From contig NW_026889771.1 in the NCBI RefSeq assembly GCF_033153115.1, forward strand, positions 6,510,001 through 6,574,000: 64,000 nucleotides of DNA. The letters run 5' to 3'. This DNA is from Saccostrea echinata. Taxonomy: Eukaryota. The position numbers were made by a program, and so were the translations under genes. The notes beneath the pieces were generated by a model. That model was not told the origin of the DNA, searched no databases, and saw nothing but the letters and a program-made list of their open reading frames with translations. Each line of letters starts with the position of its first letter. The stretch's first letter is position 1. This document shows positions 1 to 13,358 of this stretch, in pieces.

Positions 1-258
1 TCGAATGAAAAAAATACAAAAATTACTCAAAAAACAAAAGTTTAAGAAACATTCTGCACCAATTACAGTGGAAACTTTCAAAAGTTTTATCAAATTATTA
101 TTTCCTCTCACATGACACAGAAATCAAGATTATATTACCCATTATTACTGAGTATATACTGTATTTAATAAGAAAAAAAGAACTTTGTAGTCCTTTAGCT
201 GTGTTTAACCATATTTTGTCTTACCTAATTTATTTTTTCAAAATAAGGAGCGTCTTAC

Positions 259-3200
259 CTGTACATGCCAGGAATATTCCCCCAGAAATACCTAGCACGT
301 GAGGCAGGTGAAACATACTTAGCATCCCATAAGGCAGGGGGACACTGGAAAATGGGGTACAAATTTCTGAGGTAAATTCTTCTTTGTAAAACAAATCTGA
401 AGATTCTAATCTAACTACCAAATCTTTCATTTCCATTAGGTTGAAATTTTAACTTCATGACTATGTTTTCATAGTCCAAGAATGAATTCAGGAAAAAGTA
501 TGCACACCACAAAATATGAGAAAATAAATCATAGATTGCTACATATATTTTATCACAACTGTTTATTTCCTTATCATTGCTTCAATTTTTATTTACTTAT
601 GATGTATCAAATTGAAGAGTACACTTGCATATAGCATTATTCATCCATAACCTCACAAAATAGAAGACAAATGCAGATTTAAACTATGAATGCCATGGTA
701 CCTTGAAACATTCACTGATGTTGTCTCTAATTTCTGCTCTCATAGAAGCCACATTTTCAAACATCCAGAAGAGGTGCTGGCCCTGGGCTCGGGACTTTGA
801 CTGTAGATACTCCAGTACCCTTGCAAACTCAAACACTAGGTACCCCGTCCCCTCTACAAATACAGTGTATTATGTCATCAGTTTCAAAAAGTGGTAACAT
901 GGATTCAGAAAACCACAGTGTGGTGATTTAAAAAGTTTGATCACATTGTAACAATACGTTTGATTTCCATTAGTGAACTCTTCAAAATTAGAGGCGCGTT
1001 TGGTCGTCTGACTGGGACAGCATGGCATTGCGGATAATACAAAACATGCCAATCTCAATCCAATTTTAAATGTTAAACGTATTTGTCATTCCAATTAAAG
1101 AAAAGAAGAACTAAAAGACATATGTAAGAGAGCGAGAACCCTAAATTTATCATCCATTAATAAACAATACATTTCCGAGGCATGTGTATTGTATTAGATG
1201 TACCATACGATAAATAGAAACATATGATCAACAACAGATATAAATTGATATCGTTGTCATTCCTACTCTTGATGTATATAAAGTCCACCACAATAAAATA
1301 TTTCATTTGCATTTTGTTAGGATTTGTTCATCGACATTCAACATATTGTTTACATGTTTATGTTACGTTTGTCCCAGAAATCCCGCGAGATTTGTACATT
1401 TTCCGACTTTTTCACAAAAGAGCGTACTAAGAAGGATAACTCTTCCATAGTGGAAATAGAACGTATTGTGCGAATTGAATGATACTACTGTTATCAAGAC
1501 TGACACATTTTGTAAAAGTTGCCTCCAAAAGAGGTTCATGTGCTTGGACTGAGAATTCAGTCTACACAACTTCCACAATTCTAAAAGTTGTCTGCAACTT
1601 CCAACCAGATTTTTTTAAAAGTTCTAAAAATTCTACACTTTTTTTTGGCACTGTTAAATACAAGCATGTCCCCCACATACCCCCCTCCTGAACATAATTC
1701 CTATTTTCACTTCATTTTTAAGAAATCTACAAATTGTTGCTCTGAGGTTGTGGACACTTTCTTACCTTCACTCAAACCTCTCCGTGCTGGGTTTACTATA
1801 GACAGATCATTACAAGGAGAACCTCCCATCAAAACGTCAATTCTTCCAAGTTTATCCAGCTTAAACGAAGGTAAAATGAAAATTAAAAATATGTATATAA
1901 TACAACTTTTCATTTTTTTTTTAATTTAGATAAGACAGAAATGTATGTTACTGAAATATCATGTTTTCTTGAGGTTTCGATAAATCTCACTTTTTCAGGG
2001 GTAAGTTCTCTGACATCTCCAAGATGCTGCACTGTGTCTCCATGATTTACCATAGAAACCAAGATGGCTTCTTCATCTATCTCACTAGCATAGTATGTTT
2101 CTACTTCAAAACCAAGACTGTCCAAAACCACCTTTCCTTTATAAAAAGAAAATCAGAAAAAAGAGATTTATAAATGCAAATTAGTATGGGTAATTGCAGT
2201 TTTATGCAATGCTACTGCTATACAAACTGAAAAATTTACATGTCACAATTTTAGGCCATGCAGTTCCTATTTATAGGAAAGGTCAGCTTATATTTCATTA
2301 GAAAAAGAAGTTTTATTTATGCCAAGCATTTGGTATGTGAAAAGTAAGTACTAGTATCTCAATGTATTTTAATATCACATCATGCAATGCTTTATTTTCC
2401 GAGATATACATGTATATATACTCATAGGGGTTTAAATTCAGTATTAAATTCTGCTTATTCGATCATTGCTATTTTAATTTTTGCAAATATCAAACATGTC
2501 TTCAAGGTGTTTTTAACAACTTTTAAGCATACAAATTAACCCCCCCCCCTTTGCCCTCTTTTTCTTTAATCCATATGGATCCATCAAAAAAGCAAATATA
2601 ACAAAACACCAAAAGTTATTTCCCCCTTTACAGTACTCAATCATGAAACTAAGACAATGTTGACTACATCTACACAAATAATCAAGAACTTTGTTCACTG
2701 ATACATTACTCTGTATTTATATAGAAATTACAAAGTCCGTGCCAAAAAGCAAAAGTGAAAATTAATTACGTATAGATTTACCGGTTGAGATTCCATCAAA
2801 GAGAGACAATACCCTTACTGTCTGTTTGGGACCTTTGAAAAATGAAGGTGACATCTGAAATAATTTTCATGAAAGCAAGTCACTTTAACATTCCTTTTTC
2901 AAGGAACTAAAATAAAATAATGATTAAAAAAAAAAAAATTCAAAATAATTTTTAAAATGAGTGAAAAAAATAAAAAAATAGTGTTGCTGTTAGTGAATAA
3001 AAGAATTTTTTATGAAATGTTATGAACAAAATTAAGAATAAATCATTGATCATAATAATAATTGTAGGGGATTTAAATTACAGGTCAATTGTATAATCTT
3101 ACATCAGTTCTGTATCCAGAATCAAAGATGTGGACTGTTTTGTCCCTCCAGTTAGGACGGGGGATAAGAACTCCATGGGTGGGCTTAGTGTAAGTAGTAC

Positions 3201-6200
3201 ATAGAAAACAGTTCCAAATCTTAGTGTCTTTTATCTACAATTCCAGCATTATGATACATGTTATTTAGTCTTTGACTCTGTTTCCTTAAAATGACATTGG
3301 ACCTTGCCAAAGTTAATATTATTAGTTAATACATCAAAAATATCCATCTTACTTTTTTGAGCTGCCCTTCACTTAGAAAGTTTTTGATACACTCCACACA
3401 GTATGACCTGTTAGTAGAAGGCACTGTTAGTCAAATGTGAGGTACAGAGAGATATAAGGATAAATCTGAAGGTGGAAGAAGGACTGGTTTGTGACCTTAG
3501 TGCTTGTAATACATAAAAGATAAGAATAGATAGGGTACTACTTCATCACAGGTATCCAACTATTACAGGGTAGAAAGTAGAGGTAAAATGGTGAAAGGTT
3601 TTACCAAATTGTTTAGCATCAGTTAGTATATGTATTTTGGTAAAAATTCAATGAAATCTGACATCAAGCATTTGAAATCCCCCTCCTCCCCCCTTTTTTT
3701 TTTTAAATATTCAGACTGATGTTACAGTACTGTGAAATCACTGTTGTTGCAGGTGTTTAATTTTCATCATATGCAGAGACCCATTTATTCATATCCTCCA
3801 CAAAATGCTAAAATTTGAAACTACAGTATCATGTTTGTCTACCATTTCTACTCCACACATCTTTAACCAAGAGATAAAATCCCCACAAACCAATTTTTTT
3901 TCCCCTCAAACCATGAAAAATAATTGATTTTATAGTAAAATTAAAATGAAATGCACATGACTTACTTTCCACAGTTTACATCTTCACATACGACAAGATC
4001 TCCTCCAGTAGAACAAATCACACAAAAAGTCTATTTATAAAAAAGTAAAATAAAGGGAAAAATTGATTTCAAATAATTTCTTGTCTTCAGTGAATTTTTT
4101 TCTTTTTTAATTTCTAGGGTGTGCACTATATACAGCACATTTTTATTAATTACAGAAAATTGCTCAAAAGTTTATATACAGTATATACAGTTCACATACA
4201 TGTATAGGTCACAAAGTATCAATTAAGATGGATTCAATATTTAAATAAGAATAATAACCTTTATTTATTAATTTCAACCTCCAGATTGACTGTTTACTCC
4301 ATAAGTTTACTTACATTGGTTTGATCATCATCATAGATATGTATGCTCTCTTTCCATTCCTCCTATAAAAGAAAATAACTGAGGATAAAATGAGTTTATT
4401 AAAATATATAGTATAACCAGTGAGTCTTCAATATACTGGCTACAGTAAACACATCATATCATCCATGTATAACAAAGGTATGAATTATTAACTAAATATG
4501 AGAAAAATATAGATTATAAATGTAATGAAACAATTCTGACCTTTCCCACTGGTTCACAACATCTATGTTTTTACTACATACCTTGCATGTTTTACAGAGT
4601 CCCCCAAAGAATAAAGGATGATCCTCAACCTCCACATGTTCAATGTCATCACAAGATAGGCAGATTTCTGAGTTTGAAAACAATAATAGAATTAAATGTC
4701 ACCAATTTCATATCTTTGTCACAAGTAGTACCACTGTACAAATTAATGCCTAAAAACTATATACTTTTTTTTATCAATATGTAAATATCTTTCCAAAAAA
4801 AATGTGAAAAAAGGTTTAAAATCAGGACAGTTATATGCATGCATATAAAACAACTCACCAGATAATTCCTTTTCACCAGCTTTCAGCGCTTTTACTGCAC
4901 TCTCTACAATGAGATGCAGTATTTATCAGAGATAATGAAGTTACCTCCCTTTAAGGCAGATTTTTCTAAAACTTTATAGACTATTGCTATACATTTTAAA
5001 GCACATCTTTCCTTTTATTTTACAATGTATGTACAGAGAAAGTAGTTGCTTACTATTTGGAGATCTTTTTTTGGATGTTTCTACATGTTTCAAATTGTCC
5101 TTTATCTTCATGAGGTAGTTTTTCACCATAAGAGGTAAAGGGTCATCTACAAAGTCATTCAGTTCATATGAGATTGGTTTCAATGCATATTTTGTAATTA
5201 ATTATTTTCAACCATTCATTTTCTAAGACTTTTAGCAAATATATTTCTTGTAATACCAACTTTTTGTTGCATTATAGTCCAAAAACCTATACAAGTAAAA
5301 TTTTTCTCATGAAAAGAAATATACAACTGAATTTTTTTTCATAAAAAAGTTGCTCTTTTCTCTCTCTCTCTGGAATACATTGTATAAGTGTTTGTCACTG
5401 ACTTTGATCAGGCAAGAAATGTCCATGATCTGAGGGGAAGCCATCTTTTGCCCACATTAGTAGTTCCTCTTCATATATATCCTCTGTGTCTCTGGCAACC
5501 CTCTCAGCACAGATCTGAAATGATTGTTATGTACTGGTAATTAACAAAGGCAATACAAAATGGAGCATTCTCTTGCAAAACAGCACATCAATCCTGATAT
5601 AAATTATTACTTGTGTAACTTCCATTATTCATGCACTCACTCACATCTCCCCTCAACCCCACCCCATACAAACATGCTACCATATCCACTCCAACTTCAT
5701 TGCGAGAGGATAAAAATATGACAGTGCCTACTATATAAAGTAACTTGTAGATTAATTAACACTCATTAAAATCTAATTTTCCATATACTTCGTTGTGACA
5801 AGGCCCTGTATGGGTAACAAAAGGTTGATTTAAAAATGTAAAATACTTGAATCTGATTGGTCATAATTATAAAGATAATTCATATACAGTGTGATTTCTA
5901 CTGTTCTGAAATGAAACCTTGTACTCTTCTATGTAGCAACACACCTTCTTACCAAGATATATCAACTGATCATAGGCCAAGTGGAGTCCAAGATATGCCT
6001 CCTTTTAAAGTGCACTCACCTGAATAGCTTCGCTCAGACCTTTGTTAAAGTTTGGACAATTCTTCACTATCTTATTGCACAATCCGTATTGAGTAAAATT
6101 GGATGGAAAATCCACTATATTACTGGCCATAACCTACAGGTAAATATACATTACATTTACTGAACTTAAACTAAAACACACTACTAAAACTAAAAGGATA

Positions 6201-9200
6201 TGTGTTGTGTCTCTACTGTTACTTTTTGAATACTAACTACATACTACTATCTACTGAGTACCGGTATATTTGCTGTTACAATGTATTTACTTATTAATGT
6301 TATTTACTGAATAATTATTGTTATTTGCTGCAAATAGCATTAAAGGTATTTACTATATACTTATTATATTTTACTTAATACATAAAGGATATGTATCACT
6401 TTTTTAATTAAAAATTTTGAAATGTATTTCTTCGAAAATTTGACATACCTGAGATATCCTATGGTCTCCAAACCAAAAGATCCAGACAAACCCTGCCTTC
6501 TCTGGTTTATTCACTTCCTTGCCCTCTATAACGATAGCTGGCCACCATCTAGATATACTGGCAGTGTTTTTAAGGCTTGCAAACACTATTTTCCCAACAT
6601 GATTATCCTGTGAAATACCAGAATATATACTCTTCAGAAAAAAAAAAGAAAAGCATAGTGAAATTTTAGGGATACACTGAACATAACAATTGTTTAACAG
6701 AATAGTGTATTGATAATAAAGAAGTATGCCAAACAATAGGTCTACAATCTAAATGCAATAATTACTCAAAAATTTTACAATCATGGACAGTTCAAAGTCA
6801 TTGAAGATCAATATCCGATATGCCCCCATCAGACATCAAAGATAGCCTAAAACAACATCCCAATGGATGCTAATGAGTGTGTTAAAAACTGTATGGGAAT
6901 GCTATCCCACTCTAAATGTAGAGCTCTGGTCAGCTGTTGCATAGTCTGGGGATGCGACTGTCTTTGGCAGATATGCCTATCCATTTTGTCTAACGCATTT
7001 CTTAATGGGTCTTAAATCTGGTGATTAGATGGCCAAGGCAGAACAGGATGCTGTAGCTTTGCAAGAATGCACTTGTCAAACAATTAAGCCATGTATGGCT
7101 GTTATGGTCAGACTGAAATACAGCTCCACAATCTGCATTAATGGAAAGATGTGCAAGTAGGACATCTTTAGAGTACCATTTTCTGTCAAAGTCCTTTGAA
7201 TATGAACCAAATCAGTCTTACTTGTATGTAATACCATTTTCCATATCAATACACAACCACCACCAAATCTATCTACCTCCCTGAGGCAGTTTTCTGTACA
7301 GTGTTCATCAAGAAGCTTATGCATGCTGAATCCCAATAAACATTTTCGACTAGTAGCTTCACCAAACTGTTCAGCGGTGTTCCTGTAGCCATACTCTGTT
7401 GGTCTGAGACCTTTAAGAGGGCTGGGTGGTTGTGGCCATTTTCAGACTATATTGATCTCCTTTAGAAGAAGAGCTCCATATAAAGATATACAAAAATGAT
7501 CAAATTTTAAAACTAAAACGTATGAAATTTTTGTTTGCCAAATGATAGTTGACAGCTTAAGATATTATATCTAAAAAATTAAGTTATATCTGATGGTTAA
7601 TTTGTTGACCCCCCAGCCTCCTTAAAGTCAATGGGATCAGAAAAATGGCACGAGTCCTCAAGCATTAATTCCAGCACCCTGTAGTCAAATGCAAATGGTC
7701 TTGTTGGATATATTCTGCAGTTGAAGGATAGCCAATTCTGTAGACAAGATCATTGTGAAATAATAATAAAAATTATGTAAACCACTGAAGTGATCCTGTG
7801 CTGTTGACGTCACACATGGTCCATGCAACATTCAGATGCAGCATTTTTAATAGTGTCAATTTTCAGAGGAAAAAAAAAACAGAATCAAATTATCAAGAAC
7901 CCCAGCTCTTGATAACCCTTTTGTACCTAAAGGATGTGGATAAGAAACCAACCAAGGAAAAGTGTAAAAAAAAAAAAAAAAAGGCCAAATTTTAATATTT
8001 AGCTAAATCAAGTTTTTTGTGTCTGTTAGTTTTGTAGAATGGCTGTCAAGTTAACAATAAAGTTAAAAAAAATAATGTATTTTACTTGAATGATTCATAT
8101 TCATCTAAAAAAAAATTGTATGACAGAACTATTATCTCTTATTAAGGGTATTATTCCTATTATGGTATGCGTTTCTTTTTATGAACAGTATACCACTTTG
8201 TGTGAAACATATGGACTTGCTTAAGAATCCTTTACATAGAGGAAGTCCCATAGTGAGGCAAAGCAATGCAAGAATGTCAAAATTATATACACAAAATGAT
8301 TCATCAACAAAAGTTCATCAAAATGTTTTAAACTACGTTTAGAAAATAAAAACAATAGGAAAAGTCAATGTGTATGACAATGAATACAATTATTGTCCTT
8401 AAATCATCATCATGGCCACATATTTTGGTTGAGAGCATTCTTATAGTAAGTATGATGCTTTATTATCAGACTAGTATTTCCAAGACTATGAACTGGCTTA
8501 TAAAATGTTCATTTAATATTGAAAAATCAAAGCTTTTCCTTTTATTCTTTTATATTTTAAAGTTAATTCATTTCTTAAATCCAAAAAATAAGCTTAAGCA
8601 TGATTCTTCAAAGGAGGATAATCCCACAAAATTAAATAATCCTCATCATGTCTGATATGTGATAGTCTATGAATGTATACATGGGACTTCAAACCAAATT
8701 GAATTAAAATCTATTTTAAAAAAATGCCTATATACAGTCAAACCTTGTTATCTTGAACTCAATGGGACCAAGAAAAAACTTCCGAGATATTCAAGGATTC
8801 GAGATATCCAGGGAAAATACTTATAGAATTAGGGGTTGGGACTTCCAAATCACTTCGACATATCCATGGTATTCGAGATATCAGTGTTCAAGATAATGAA
8901 GTTCAACTGTACATATAATTATCCAATATTATTACCAATAATAGAATTTCATTTCACCTGAGTTTCGTCTGATGACTCCATTGGGATTGAGGAATCTGAA
9001 AGTGCTGAAACCGATTGCAGAGCTTCATTTGTTCCTGAACTTGATGTACTTTCAGAAGAGCTTCGAGTTTTCCTTCTACTTTCAGTTTCAGTATAACATC
9101 CCTTCTCAGTTTCAGATGAACTACCTTTCTCTATCGAAATTTTTGAGGAGCTGCCACATTCATTGGATGACCTCTGTTTTTGCCAAGGACCAGACTTAGG

Positions 9201-11383
9201 GTCCTTAAGTCTCTCTTTATTCAGTGGACCGGTCTCATGACCTCTCGGTTCCTCTTTCTTCTGTGAGCCAGACTTGTGACTGTTAGGTCCTTTTTTCTGT
9301 AAGCCAGACTCATGACCCCTAAGTCCCTCTTTTTTCTGAAGGTCAGACTCATGACCCTTGGATCGCCTTACAACACTGTACAGAGAAGTTGTACAGGAGA
9401 TGTGACACTGCAGGTTTTTATTAGTCAGTGTGGTCTTCAACTTCTTTAAAAAAAATAATAAAATCAATAATTAAATTCCAGACATTGTTCACATTCAAAT
9501 AAATTAAATAGTATCAATCATAATATATTCCTTACATAAATGCTTGGAGTAAGGATCAGACTTGTAATTTGTAAGCTTACGACATATTCATAATATTTTC
9601 ATCATGTATATTCATTAATTCATCTGCACTTCAAAGAGAGTTCATAGACCTTTCTTGGATCAGTGGAGCAAAAACTGATCTCTGGATGGGTTAAAAGTTT
9701 ACAAATTGAAGTGGGTTTTCAAAACATAAGGCCCTACATGGGCATGGACAATGTACATTTGTTCCCGTTATTACATCTAAGCCAACATTTTTCAAATGAA
9801 ATAGGATATGCTTACAAGCATTGTTAATCTACAAGGCCCTGATAAAATGCAGAATTCTTTCCCTGTTTTTCACAAGGGCTTGCTCTTGGAATGTAAACAA
9901 TATTAATTTAAAACAAAAAATCATATTGGTCTACTACTAAAATACATCTATTACATGTATTAGTATGCCCATACTTTTTTTAATTAATAATGTTGACATT
10001 CTGGAAGCAAGTCCCTGTGGTTTTACAGCATTTCTAAAAGCACTCAATAATTTAATTGTAGCGCAGCCTAATACATGTACAAAAGCTTCATAATCTTTTA
10101 AATATTGATTGAAAATTTTACCATTTTCTGTAATTTTAATCTCCTGTACATAAACGGTCTCCGGAAATCTTTATGCTGTCTGAATTCATCTAACTTTGGC
10201 TTCCGTCTCATTGATTTTCCTGAGTTGGCAGAGGGAGTATCAATATTAAATCTCCGAGCCTTTGGTTTCTTCCTGGTCTGTCCTAGATTATTCTTGGAAT
10301 TAGGCCTTTTACTTGAAGCAGGGTCAGTGGCTGAATTTAGGTCAATTTTTGCTGAGTTGCAATTGTCGCTAAAGGTATCCGGCAATGAAAAATCCGAATA
10401 ATTCTGAGATTGATCAGGGATGTCAAAACCCTGAAAGAAAACATACACACATTTTGTAAATTTCATGTGGTAGTTCACCTAGTTTCCGAAATTAACTGAC
10501 AAAATGTCTAGACAGACTAAACAGTTCACGTAGATGCAAAAATATGTCACACAATTCCACAGTGCAAATAAAGTGCATCAAGAGGCTTTTATTCCATTTT
10601 ATGATCGGTGCAGTAACCGTTATCAGTTTAATTGAAGGTTTTAAATTTCCAGCCTTTAGCAGGAAAAAAAAATTGTCTGCTATTTTCAAATCTAGACCAC
10701 CTAGATGAGTCACAGTATAACTGCTTATCCCACACCAAGTGGTGCAAAAAAGTCCCAATAATGATATGGAAGTAGGTCGTTATATCTTATAGCAAACCGT
10801 AATTCTAGAATCATAAATTATTTTCATACAAAAATGCAAATTGTCCTACAATACCTGAGAGCAGACTACTTATCACATTTCGTGTGAACTTAAGAGGCTC
10901 AAATTGGGAAAGGAAAATTAAAAATTACCTTGAAAACGGAGAACTTTTCTTTTTCTTGCATCCTGAAATGTGAGGTCCAAGATGGGGGTAAAGTAAATTC
11001 TATTGGCAACCAAGCCTCAGCTGGGATGTGCTTAAAATTTACCGCTGCAACATACAGAAACTGAGCTATAAATAGTAGTGCTTTGTATCATAGGGATAAC
11101 GCAACCTTGCCGGCGAAATTTTCTCAATAATTATTTAGTTGCATTTTATAATAGGCTTAATCATAGTGTGGTAATCGAAAGTTACAGCACTGTGCTACAG
11201 TGCAGGGGCAATATTTTCTTTCGTCATTTCCAAAATATTTTCCCGGCAAAACGTCATTACACAACTCGAGGGAGTCTCTTTACTTATTTAACTGTTCTAC
11301 TAAGGGATTTTATCTGATCTGTATGTGTGTGTTTTAAATTTTAAATTACCTTGGAACATCTTGGGCTGCAGTCTGGCGTCCAT
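259..11383 (-). CDS. DNMT3: DNA (cytosine-5)-methyltransferase 3; 19 coding exons in window, C-terminus continues beyond position 1
   Basis: Phase-consistent GT-AG exons: 11383-11350, 11044-10929, 10430-10122, 9443-8958, 6631-6449, 6133-6020, 5514-5403, 5146-5054, 4903-4859, 4667-4582, 4362-4315, 4030-3966, 3407-3353, 3234-3103, 2854-2782, 2136-1991, 1859-1766, 853-702, 344-259. The translation shows a PWWP domain (RWWP...WFGD), ADD Cys fingers ([30 protein letters not shown]) and MTase motifs [45 protein letters not shown]. Confidence 0.96.
6900..7340 (-). mobile_element. Degenerate Tc1/mariner transposase relic in a DNMT3 intron
   Basis: The minus-strand translation gives [10 protein letters not shown]...TDLVHIQ (Tc1 'FGGGSVMVWG' region). 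Near 7000-7040 it gives WPS*SPDLRPI (Tc1 WPxxSPDLNPIE motif). Stops and frameshifts are present. Confidence 0.75.
8733..8911. mobile_element. Short TA-flanked MITE (Tc1/pogo-type termini)
   Basis: Imperfect TIRs tacagtcaaac...gttcaactgta and internal inverted ttcgagata/tatcttgaa motifs. Confidence 0.6.
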
Positions 11384-11399
11384 CCCAAACCCAGAGTCG

Positions 11400-11430
11400 T
11401 TGTAGTTTGCCGCGTTTTTGCAACACGTGG
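11400..11430 (-). promoter_or_regulatory. Candidate DNMT3 proximal promoter motifs
   Basis: An E2F-like TTTGCCGC (11406-11413) and an E-box CACGTG (11424-11429) lie in a CpG-containing patch just upstream of the ATG at 11383. Confidence 0.4.
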
Positions 11431-13358
11431 TTTATTCTTTTAGGGGAAAAGTGCATACGTCTGCACATTGCAATAAGAGAAAAGTTGTCAAAATATTGTA
11501 ATAAGAATTTAAACATTTGTATTAGAGAACAAAATCGACATTCGTGGTGATGATGTTATCTGTTGAATGCTCTGCTATTTCAAGTGCAGCAATACAAATG
11601 CCAGCAAAACGCTCTTGATTATGACATTGATGATCACTCCTCGCTCTCTAAATCTAACAAACTTTAAAAAAAAAAAACTAGGAAAAGTCTGATTTTGTGC
11701 AAATCGGCAGTTGCAACGGATAAAGAGCTCTAGGGGTCTGGGTAGGGTTGAAAGACGGTGGATGCTATCCTAGTTGGCATACGTCTCAGTGTGGGTTCGT
11801 CATATTACATTCTCTCTAATACCAGAAAACCAAATAATTCATGATTTAGTCCAAATTAGCCAACAGTGCAATAACTTCTAGAGGTTTCTAAATCTAATGC
11901 ATTATTATATGGTGCACTTTTGATTTTTTAACCATAAACTCATAAATTCAGTGATGAGAAACGAAACACACATTCTTCAAAATTTATTGCAAAATCTAAA
12001 TTAAATGCCATTTTCATTTTAACTGGAGTAAAGATCAAAACATGATTAAAAAATTCATAAACCACATTAGGTGTACTCAAGTTAAAGATGAAAAGAAAAA
12101 AAAATTTTGCTTGTGATACAATGCAAGTCATGTAAACAAGGAGGGAAAAAAATATTTAACATCATTTTAATGATTTTTTCAAATCATAAAAATCAATTGA
12201 TTAAATCAAATAAATTACAACATAATGTAAATTACAGCATATTCATCTCATACAAGATCCATTAAAAAAGTAATGTGCTTGTTTTCCAGCAGATTACAAA
12301 TAAATCAAGCTTCATATATTAATTAAATCTCCATAGGAAAATATGCCCACACATTTCATTTTAATAATTCACCATTACCATTAAAAAAAATATACTTTTA
12401 GCTAACAGAATAATTACATCTATATTTTTTCCCTTCAATTCAATTGGAACATGTTCCAAAAAATGTTATTTAAGAAAGGGTTGATTTTTTTTTTGGGGGG
12501 GGGGGGGGGGCAGCTATTGATCCAAATTTGCATGACCATAAAATAAAGATATAACAGAGAAATTAAAATTCTTAAATTTTCAAGTTCATGAAAAATGAGT
12601 ACCAGTAAGAAAAATGCATGCTTCTGAAAAGACACATGTGTGTAAACAGCAACAGATTTACAGTGCAGTGCTTAGAAGTACAGCGTCAAGGATATTGGTG
12701 AGCAAATAACATGAACATCAAGTGGTAGCATATTTAGAAGATGTTAAAGAATATTATGCAATACATAATCAAATAAATGGAGCATAACCATATTATCAAT
12801 ATAATGCCATTTATATAAATATAATGAAAGATAACATAGCAATGAATAACATTCTTTAAAGATGCTTATAATTTCTCTCTCTCAAAAAAAAAATGATTTA
12901 CTAAAAATTTTCACAGTGGTTTAAGCCTACTTTGATCAAACATGCTTAACTTCTTCAATTACAATGATTATTTACCTTGAATGCAAATTAATAAAAAATA
13001 TAATTTCTCCTTTAGATACTCTGGTACCTTAAGCAAAAAACCCTATTAAAAGAAGCCACCAAAGACAAACTGACTTTCCCTCATAATTCAAATCTCAAAG
13101 GGCAGCAGCCCACATTACTGCTTATGAGTGGATAATAAACCATGTATTCTGTTTCCTTGGGCCATATTACACTATAATAATATTCACTTCTCAGCATTTA
13201 TGAGCTTTGAGAAAAATCCTTAGCTGGTTGCTGCTCTTTAATGCAGTTGTCAGGAGTAACCACTCTAAGCTCCCCTGAAATTATTATGGCATCTACATCA
13301 TGTGACATCTTCCCAGTCATGTGACATCTTCCCTGAGTCATGTAACCTCCTTCCTGGG

